This document shows positions 1 to 7,457 of a stretch of 64,000 nucleotides of DNA, piece after piece. The translations under genes were made by a program, and so were the position numbers. Below the pieces are notes generated by a model that ran no database searches, had not been told where the DNA came from, and saw nothing but the letters and a program-made list of their open reading frames with translations. Each line of letters starts with the position of its first letter. Within the stretch, counting starts at the first letter, position 1. The DNA is from Kiritimatiellia bacterium (lineage in GTDB: Bacteria > Verrucomicrobiota > Kiritimatiellia > RFP12 > UBA1067). Where the stretch lies: the NCBI GenBank assembly GCA_017514235.1, contig JAFWKK010000026.1, positions 114 through 64,113 on the forward strand, written 5' to 3'.

Positions 1-2794
1 TCAACGCGCCGTCAGGCCCGACAACCGGAAACGACGTGTAGTTGTACGGCGCGGTCGTGGACTGCGGGAGATACGGCTCGTCGTTCGCAAAATCCCAGAG
101 GACGACAAGCCCGTTCGTGAGCTTCACCGGCCTGTAGTCGCGCACAAGCTGCATTCCCGTTCCATCGGCGTTCCCCTGCCAGAGCTTCAGGAAGTAGAAC
201 CGCGACGCGGCGGGTGAGGTCGGGGTCCCCGCATCACTGTCGTGCTTGGCGAAGAGATAGAGCGTCCTGCCGGTATCGACATCGGTGGAAACCGTCTTGG
301 ACGAGTAGAGCATCTCCGATCCGGTGGCGTCGTCGATGGCCGTGAAGGTCTGAGACCCGACTGCGAACGAAACGCGCGCATGGGTCGTGTTGCCCGGGTT
401 CAGCATGTAAACGTCCGGATCCGAAGCGTTTGCAGCATCCGTGTATGGATCGTTCTTCTTCGGACGATAGTAGGTGCCGTATCCGAGTCCTACATTGTAC
501 CCCCAGGCATGGTACCACATGTAGAACCGGGACTCGTTGTCGCTGCTGCCACCATACGAGCCGATGAAGCATTCCTCTGAAGTCGATTTCTGCATGCTCG
601 TCTCCTTGAACTCGGCGATTGTCGCGGCCTTGCCGATGACGCCCGTGTCAATGAACACCTTCCCGTCGGTCTCTACGTAATCGACATAGCATTCCAGCTT
701 CGTCGCTTCCTCCGGGAGGATAATCTTGCCTACTCGCGAGGCGGGGATGTCGGGCGAGGGGCGGTAGATGCTCTTCGTCACAGCGTCGTAGAGCATGCCC
801 TTGCCATCGACGAGGCACGGCTTGAAGTCGCGCACGAGCGCGCCGTCCTGCCAGATCTGCAGCCCGTAGCATCTCGCGGCAGAGCGTTGCCGCCAATAGC
901 TCGACGAGAAGAGGTAAAGCGAAGTGCCAGTATCGACGTCACCGGTAATGTTCGTGCTGAGAACCGCAGAGCCGTCCAGTTCAAACGTCTGCGACCCGTT
1001 CGCAAGGGTCACGTCAAACGAATACTTCGTCCCGACGATCGGCACGATTGCGGCGCCACCACTCGTCAATTGGGGTTGGTTTTCGACTCCATATCCAGCG
1101 TCGAAGTAGTGATTGTGCGAATGGACCAAGTAGAACAGGCTGTCGCCTTTAGGTTCGATTGCGCCAAGATACGTATGCTGCTGGCGTAAGAACACGTTTG
1201 GTGACGCCGTATTTTCAAGGTAGCGATAAGCCTCATGGTTCCATTCGCGCAAATAGGTGGGCGTGTTGTCGTGCCGCGGCCCCATCCACATCATCTCGCC
1301 CTTGGCGCGGGTACCGCTGCGCGCGGGAACGCCGGTGTCGAGCGTGTTGTTGCCGTCGGACTCGATGTACTCGACATAGACGACTTCTTTCGGCTTGACA
1401 TTCTGCTTGCAGACGTTGTTGAAGACGAGCGGCGTGCCGAGCGAGTAGAAGATGCGCTTCGACACGTCGTCGTAGAGTCCGGCGACGCCGTTCTTGAGGC
1501 ACGGACGGAAGTCGCGCACGAGTTCGCCGCCCTGCCATATCTTCAGGAAGTAGAGGCGCGATGCGCTGTATGCGTCCGGCGCACCGTTGTTGTTTCTCGC
1601 GAAGACGTAGAGGCTCCGGTCCGTGTTGACCGTGGCGGAAAGCGACAGCGACGTCCAGACCTTCTCGGCCCCGGTTTCATCGTTGATCGCCGTGAAGGTC
1701 TGCGATCCCGCCGCGAAGGACACCCGTGCGTGCGTCGTGTTGCCATAGTTCAGCGGGTAGAGGTTTTTGTCGTTCCACGCCCCGGCCTTGGTCGGATCTG
1801 TCGTAACCGGCCGCCAATAGGTGTCGCCGTACCCAAGGCCGACCGTATGCCCGGATGCATGATACCACATGAAGAACCGGTTAGACGAAGTATCTCTTGC
1901 ACCGATGACGCAGTGTTCATCATTGTCATTGCAAAGGCATGTCTCCTTGAACTCGACCGTGGTCGCAGACTTGCCGATGACGCCCGTGTCGATGTAGGCG
2001 GGTTTCTGTCCGTCGGCATCTGCGGCCACTCCCTGCGACTCCACGTAGTCGATAAACTCGTCGGGTACTTCGCTGTTCTCGTCGCAGAGGAGGTCGGTGC
2101 CGGAAATGGAGTAGAAGATGGTATCGGAAACGGCGTCGTAGAGCCCCGCGCGGCCGCCCTTCATGCAGGGCTGGAAGTCACGGACGAGCACCATATCGCC
2201 GCCGTCCTCTGGCCCCTGCCAGATCTTGAGGCCGTAGCAGCGCGTCTTGGACTTTCCGCCCACTGTTCCGTCCGCACTGTTGTTGGCGAAGACATAGAGG
2301 CTCCGCCCGGTATTGAGGCCCGTAAAGGTCGTGCTCCACCCGCTGATTCCGTCCACGGCGACGGTAGCAGTGCTTTCGCCCGCGCTGTTTGTCGCAGAGA
2401 ACGCGGCGGTGTAGTTGTAAACACGGTTCGTTTCCCAGCGGGTTTCCCATTCGTTGCTCAATTTAACAGTCGCGTTCACCCGTTGCGACAAGAGCATCTG
2501 ATAAGGGCTGGCATTGCAATAGCACATGTAGAACCGGGTACTGTTGCTCCAGAGGCCGCAGGCGACGAACGCGCTGTCGGCGAGGTTCATCCACTCGACC
2601 TTGGCCTCGATCTTGGTGTTTGGACGGCCGGTTATGCCGGTATCGACCCACGACGAGCCCGCAGATTCCACGTAGCTCACCCACTTGTCGGGCTGCTCGG
2701 CAAATGCGCTTGCGCCCAGCATTGCCCATGCTGCAAGCGCGAACGAAACGGAGAATTTTGTGCGTCTTTGGGATTTGTTCGTTGCGTTATTCAT
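1..2794 (-). CDS. Large secreted surface protein with four tandem LamG/ConA-like modules; 3' end lies beyond the window (absent from the ORF track)
   Basis: Hand translation from ATG at 2794 (MNNATNKSQRRTKFSVSFALAAWAMLGASAFA, signal peptide) stays open to the window edge, about 931 codons. Four repeats begin Y(V/I)E(S/T)xG..(Y/W/F)(I/V)DTG and end L(K/Q)IWQ..LVRD(F/Y)xP..G...LYD. The fold assignment is inference. Confidence 0.85.
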   Translation of the reverse strand, partial: MNNATNKSQRRTKFSVSFALAAWAMLGASAFAEQPDKWVSYVESAGSSWVDTGITGRPNTKIEAKVEWMNLADSAFVACGLWSNSTRFYMCYCNASPYQMLLSQRVNATVKLSNEWETRWETNRVYNYTAAFSATNSAGESTATVAVDGISGWSTTFTGLNTGRSLYVFANNSADGTVGGKSKTRCYGLKIWQGPEDGGDMVLVRDFQPCMKGGRAGLYDAVSDTIFYSISGTDLLCDENSEVPDEFIDYVESQGVAADADGQKPAYIDTGVIGKSATTVEFKETCLCNDNDEHCVIGARDTSSNRFFMWYHASGHTVGLGYGDTYWRPVTTDPTKAGAWNDKNLYPLNYGNTTHARVSFAAGSQTFTAINDETGAEKVWTSLSLSATVNTDRSLYVFARNNNGAPDAYSASRLYFLKIWQGGELVRDFRPCLKNGVAGLYDDVSKRIFYSLGTPLVFNNVCKQNVKPKEVVYVEYIESDGNNTLDTGVPARSGTRAKGEMMWMGPRHDNTPTYLREWNHEAYRYLENTASPNVFLRQQHTYLGAIEPKGDSLFYLVHSHNHYFDAGYGVENQPQLTSGGAAIVPIVGTKYSFDVTLANGSQTFELDGSAVLSTNITGDVDTGTSLYLFSSSYWRQRSAARCYGLQIWQDGALVRDFKPCLVDGKGMLYDAVTKSIYRPSPDIPASRVGKIILPEEATKLECYVDYVETDGKVFIDTGVIGKAATIAEFKETSMQKSTSEECFIGSYGGSSDNESRFYMWYHAWGYNVGLGYGTYYRPKKNDPYTDAANASDPDVYMLNPGNTTHARVSFAVGSQTFTAIDDATGSEMLYSSKTVSTDVDTGRTLYLFAKHDSDAGTPTSPAASRFYFLKLWQGNADGTGMQLVRDYRPVKLTNGLVVLWDFANDEPYLPQSTTAPYNYTSFPVVGPDGAL

Positions 2795-2844
2795 TTTGGT
2801 TCCTCATTAAACCATTTGAAGTATATCAATTCCCCGTGCCAGTG

Positions 2845-5800
2845 TCAACGATGCCGTCGCCGGATATCACCGGGCGGGGACGATTGCGGCTTCGTTAATT
2901 CAAACACGGCTAAATCGCCTGCCGCAATGCGATGCTTGAATGTGCCGCCTTCGATTGGCACTGGTTTATCTGTAACAAGTTCTTTCGCCGCCGTGACGTT
3001 GCCTTTCTCGCACGACACCTTGACATAGGCATCGAAAGAATTATCGACGGTGTGCGGCGCATCGGTGAATTTAGCAACGCCCTTGTTGTTGAACACCCAG
3101 AGCCACCAGCCGTCCGCCGTGCGGTTGGCTCCATACAGGCAGTCGCCCTCGACCTTGAATGGAAAGTAGTCGTTCTGAAGGTTCTCAAGAATTGATTCGA
3201 CTTCAGGGAAACGTATCTTGCCCGCCTTGAGCTTCGGCATGAGGTTAACAACGGAAGGCACGGAACGCACGGAATTGCCAAGCCAGCCATTTTCCGTTTG
3301 CTCGGTGTATTCCGTGGTTGAAACTTGTATCACCCGTCCGCCGCTCTTTTCGTATTCGGCGAGGCACCGGGCTGCCTTTGGGCCTGCGAACTCGCCGGCC
3401 ACGACCAGTGCCTTGTAACTCTCCATCACATCAAGGACCGTCTCTGCGGACTGGCTTGGCGCGTCGGGACAGATCACGTCGTACATCTGGGCGAAGCGAG
3501 AGTTGTGGAGATTCGTCTCGACGCCCGCCTTCATCGCCTTGGCCCGCTCGAAGCCCGGGATAAGCGAGAATAACACGGCATCCGACATCAGGTCGCTTCG
3601 CGTATAGCCATAGCTCTTTTCCGCCCATGGCCAGCCGCCATAGGCCGGATAGCCGCGCGAAAGAGGAATGCAGATGGCGACTGGCGTATAGGGCACGCCG
3701 CGTCCGGGGTGTCTCACTGTGAAGTCATGGTAGGCCGCGTAGTCGCGCCCGCGATAGGTTAGCACGGTCTTGCCGGCGTTGTCGTCCCAGGCGAGGAAGT
3801 AAGCGGACCATTCCTCGGGCTGCGTGACGTTCGCGCCGGTCAGGTATGAGAAGTAGTAGAGACGGCGCATCAGGTTGCCGGAGACGCCGTATTCCGGACT
3901 GCAGGTTGTGCCCGCCGCATTCTTCGAGGATGGGCCTGCTGGATATCTGCAGGCTGCGTTGTTGTGCCATTCTCCGTTAGTGCGGAAGCCGTTCATGTAG
4001 GCGGCCCAGTACCATTCCCACGGACGGTCGAACTGCCGCGCCGCTCCGCGCACGAACATCGGCGCGAGGTTCCAGCGGTATTCGGAATCGCTCGTCGGGC
4101 TGCCGGACGAGTTGGTCGTCTCTACGGCAAGCACGTCCGCGCCGCAGTCGGCGCCAAGATGCTGGCTGAATACGTGCGAGGCGTGAACTGCCATCTTGCC
4201 GCCGTATGCCGCCTTGTGGCGGTCGGCATAGTGCCGTCGCATCACGTCCATGCGTTCATCGCGCGTCTTCGGCGGATTCTTGCCGATCAAAGCCTCCACT
4301 TTCGCTCGCCGCACTTCGTTGGTGAGTCCCTTGACGCGTCGGTAGGCCAGCATCAGATCGTTGTCCCACTCAAGGATCGTTCCGTCGTAAAGGATATTGG
4401 GGTGCTTTGCCTTCCACTCGGCGTACTCGTCATAATCGAGGTCGCATTCCGCACCCCACGTCCAAAACTTGCGCTTGGCCGTTGCCGCGAAAAGGAACGG
4501 ACGGTCGGGAAGGGGATTCGAATCAATGATCTCTCGGTCGCGCTCGCCGGACGTGAAGTTGTCGGCGAAATGCCGCCAGGTGCCGCTCGCGCCATCGATT
4601 GGCGGAGGCTCGTTTCGCGCCCAGTAGACGGGCGCAGCGTCGCGGAAAGCCGGCATCTTGAAGATGTCTGGGTTGTCGAACCGCACCTCAAAGGCGCTGT
4701 TGTCGTATTTGGCGCCCGGCAGCCAGTCGCGATACTTGTAAAGGGCAGGCCAGTAGTCGCGTCCCATGATGCGTTTCGGGACGTGGCGCGCCGGCACTTC
4801 CAAATCGCCGGTTTCAACCGTTTCCGCAATCCGTCGATCTGAGGGAATTTCACGAATCGCGGCGGCGGCGAATGCGGCGCGGACGGTCTCGGCCGGGAGC
4901 GAGGTCTCGAAATACTTCATGCCGGCGGCATCGAGGAACGCCGTGCCGTCCAGCGGTTCGGCAAAGACGAGGCGAGCGCGGTCGCGAACGTGCCAGTAGG
5001 CGACGACACGGCGGCCGTTGAGCTCGAAGAGGAACGCCCTCACGTCCGTCCGTTTCCCGCCTGCGACGTCCAGCTGCTTCCACTCGACCAGTTCATAGCC
5101 GTTCGTCTCGTTCAGATAGAGATGGAACTCGCGTTTCGGATCCTTCAGCATTTCCTTCTGGTCGGGCGTGAGCCACTTCCGCGCGCGCACGTCCTCCCAG
5201 CGGCGCACTGTCTCGAAGAGGTCGTCCATGCGCCCGTTTGCGCGGACGCGGTGCAGGTTCATCTGCATCGTCGCCGGGCAGTCAAATGCAGCCGCCTTGG
5301 ACGTGCCGTACTCCCACATGTCGGGCTGCGTTTCGGGGAAGACTTTCCACCAGCCGAAATCGACGCGCGTGAAATCCTTCGCGAGCCGCATCGCCGCCTG
5401 ATACGGATATTCGATGATCTTCTCCTTGAACACTTCCGGCGAAAACACGTCAAAGGCGTTTGCGCCGCTCTGGAGATGCCAGCCGAAATGCGTCTTCGCG
5501 CAGCCTTCCGTGAAGAGCGGCATCTTGCCGCAGCGACGGGCGACCTTCCACTGCGAAAGCGAGATGTTCACGTTGCAGGGCACGTTCACGTCTTCGGAGC
5601 CGTCGAAATAGAGGAACTCCATGCCGCAATCGAACACCTTGGCAATCTTATCGCCAATCTCGTCCTGAAGCGAGGTGTTCTGGTCGATGCAGCAGCTGGT
5701 GGCCGTGCATTCGCACACGTCGAGGATGCCGCCGAAGTATCCGCGCCCGTGCTCCTTCACGGTCGTGCCGAACCAGCCGCGCTTAACGCCGGTGAAACGG

Positions 5801-7131
5801 TACGGCGGCGTGGTGACGTAGCCTTCGTAATGCATCAGCTCCGTGCCGAACTTCAGGATGCGGCACATCGGGTGCATAGGCGCGTCAATCGGGTTCTGCG
5901 CCACATATACGTCGCAGGTCTCGCCGTTGGCGGGAAGCGGACGTTCCAGCGCGAAGTAGTGCTTCACGCTGAGACGAGGGTCGGCTTCGGGCGTCACGTA
6001 GCGGCTCTTGAATCCGATGAACGTCTGGAGCGCGTGGAAGCCGGGCGCGACACCGGCCGCCCGGATCTTCCCCAGAACCGCCCTGAGGTCGTCGTACCCG
6101 TTCGGAAACTTCTCGGGATCGAGGTCGTAGTTGCCATAGTGCGTATAGGCGCGTTCATTCAGGAACATGCCGGTGCTGTAGAAGAGCGCCATGCGGAACC
6201 CTCCCTTCTTCATGTTGGCGATGTGCTCGTCGACATTGTACACGGAAAGGTCGCGCGTCCAGTAGATCGAGGCGTTGAGAAGCGGGTTGCGACGACTCTC
6301 CACGCCGCGCGGCAGATCGTAGTCATTCTCCATCGCGGCAATCTGCGCAAGCAGATCGTCCTTCCCAGTACCAGCGGCGATGACCGCTACGCCGTTCGTG
6401 ATGCCGTGGCCGATGCCGGAGAGCGCGTCTGCACGCATGAGCCGCCACCGGCCGCGTCTCTCGTGGTCAACGTCCATGTACGGTGTCGCACCGACGACCG
6501 CCACCGCCGCATGGTCGTCCCACTCCACGTTCAGCCAGTCGCCGAAGTTCTTGCGCTCGACGACGGGCAGCTGAAGGAGCCGGAATTCCTCGATTGGCGG
6601 CACGTCCAGCTTCCACGGCTCAAGGCCGCCGTACTGCTTCTCCTGCACGGTGTTCGAGATGAACCGAACGATCTCGAACGCAGCGTAGCCCGTCCGCTCG
6701 CGGACGCGAACCTCAACTTCGTATGGGGCCGTGTCGAACCCGATGCGCAAGATGTCGCCGTCTCGCCTGACGCGGTTGGCGGGGTACATCGTGCGCTTGG
6801 CCATCTGCACGAGACGCGTCTCGTTGTTGAACGGACGCTTCTGGACGGAGGCGAACACTGGCAGCCCCGCCTCCGGCGCGAGGCATTCCTCACCCGTCGC
6901 CTTGATGACGAGCGAACGCGCCGTTGCGTCAGGATTGATGACAAGCTTGAACGCATCGGTCTCGACGACGACAGGCGTCTTGCCGTCGAAGGCCGATGGC
7001 AGCATCTCCACGTCGTCTTGCGCAGCGGCAGTGCCGCCGTCTGCAACAGCCGCTAACGCACCAAGCGCGGCCATCGTCATCGCCAGTTTATTCACAAGAA
7101 TCCGACTCCTTCCGATTGCATTGTTTTCCAT
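2845..7131 (-). CDS. Secreted 1428-aa putative bimodular glycoside hydrolase (uncharacterised)
   Basis: Long ORF with an N-terminal hydrophobic signal. The N-half has TIM-barrel GH-like motifs (FLYFDGSEDV, FTEG). A second large module follows the linker near residues 755-785. Family not certain. Confidence 0.6.
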   Translation of the reverse strand: MENNAIGRSRILVNKLAMTMAALGALAAVADGGTAAAQDDVEMLPSAFDGKTPVVVETDAFKLVINPDATARSLVIKATGEECLAPEAGLPVFASVQKRPFNNETRLVQMAKRTMYPANRVRRDGDILRIGFDTAPYEVEVRVRERTGYAAFEIVRFISNTVQEKQYGGLEPWKLDVPPIEEFRLLQLPVVERKNFGDWLNVEWDDHAAVAVVGATPYMDVDHERRGRWRLMRADALSGIGHGITNGVAVIAAGTGKDDLLAQIAAMENDYDLPRGVESRRNPLLNASIYWTRDLSVYNVDEHIANMKKGGFRMALFYSTGMFLNERAYTHYGNYDLDPEKFPNGYDDLRAVLGKIRAAGVAPGFHALQTFIGFKSRYVTPEADPRLSVKHYFALERPLPANGETCDVYVAQNPIDAPMHPMCRILKFGTELMHYEGYVTTPPYRFTGVKRGWFGTTVKEHGRGYFGGILDVCECTATSCCIDQNTSLQDEIGDKIAKVFDCGMEFLYFDGSEDVNVPCNVNISLSQWKVARRCGKMPLFTEGCAKTHFGWHLQSGANAFDVFSPEVFKEKIIEYPYQAAMRLAKDFTRVDFGWWKVFPETQPDMWEYGTSKAAAFDCPATMQMNLHRVRANGRMDDLFETVRRWEDVRARKWLTPDQKEMLKDPKREFHLYLNETNGYELVEWKQLDVAGGKRTDVRAFLFELNGRRVVAYWHVRDRARLVFAEPLDGTAFLDAAGMKYFETSLPAETVRAAFAAAAIREIPSDRRIAETVETGDLEVPARHVPKRIMGRDYWPALYKYRDWLPGAKYDNSAFEVRFDNPDIFKMPAFRDAAPVYWARNEPPPIDGASGTWRHFADNFTSGERDREIIDSNPLPDRPFLFAATAKRKFWTWGAECDLDYDEYAEWKAKHPNILYDGTILEWDNDLMLAYRRVKGLTNEVRRAKVEALIGKNPPKTRDERMDVMRRHYADRHKAAYGGKMAVHASHVFSQHLGADCGADVLAVETTNSSGSPTSDSEYRWNLAPMFVRGAARQFDRPWEWYWAAYMNGFRTNGEWHNNAACRYPAGPSSKNAAGTTCSPEYGVSGNLMRRLYYFSYLTGANVTQPEEWSAYFLAWDDNAGKTVLTYRGRDYAAYHDFTVRHPGRGVPYTPVAICIPLSRGYPAYGGWPWAEKSYGYTRSDLMSDAVLFSLIPGFERAKAMKAGVETNLHNSRFAQMYDVICPDAPSQSAETVLDVMESYKALVVAGEFAGPKAARCLAEYEKSGGRVIQVSTTEYTEQTENGWLGNSVRSVPSVVNLMPKLKAGKIRFPEVESILENLQNDYFPFKVEGDCLYGANRTADGWWLWVFNNKGVAKFTDAPHTVDNSFDAYVKVSCEKGNVTAAKELVTDKPVPIEGGTFKHRIAAGDLAVFELTKPQSSPPGDIRRRHR
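3247..3319. repeat. 9-bp-period inverted repeat array (hairpin) lying in-frame inside the CDS
   Basis: ACAACGGAA GGCACGGAA CGCACGGAA, 17-nt spacer, then TTCCGTTTG CTCGGTGTA TTCCGTGGT. Encodes STTEYTEQTE...SVRSVPSVV. Confidence 0.75.
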
Positions 7132-7350
7132 GAGTGCAGAATCCTTTCATTGCTGTATGATATCAAATATCACCTGCATCTCATACTGTAAATTTTGCAA
7201 ATGCAAATGAAATTATTGCTTAGCGGTCAGAAGTGCCGTCCAACGGTCGTGTAGAATCTTGCAAATGGTACTTGCCTATGCTTTATGACCGAGCTGCGAC
7301 AACGGAATGCCGCGAACCGTCAGAACGCAATGTCTGGCAAAACGCGAAAA

Positions 7351-7359
7351 TGGTATAAT
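7351..7359 (+). promoter_or_regulatory. Extended -10 promoter (TGGTATAAT) for the restriction-modification gene
   Basis: Perfect TGnTATAAT about 100 nt upstream of the ATG at 7458. Confidence 0.65.
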
Positions 7360-7457
7360 ACGCACCATGGAAGGAAATGCCGGATGAATAAGACCGCAGC
7401 ATTCTCACAAAGATGGACTCCGCTGCAGTCGCGGGATGAAGAAGAGGGTGTGATGCA

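Noticed and set aside
1235-7056. Long plus-strand ORFs 1235-3028 and 4990-7056
   Set aside because: Antisense shadows of the real minus-strand genes, expected in high-GC DNA; no recognisable motifs.
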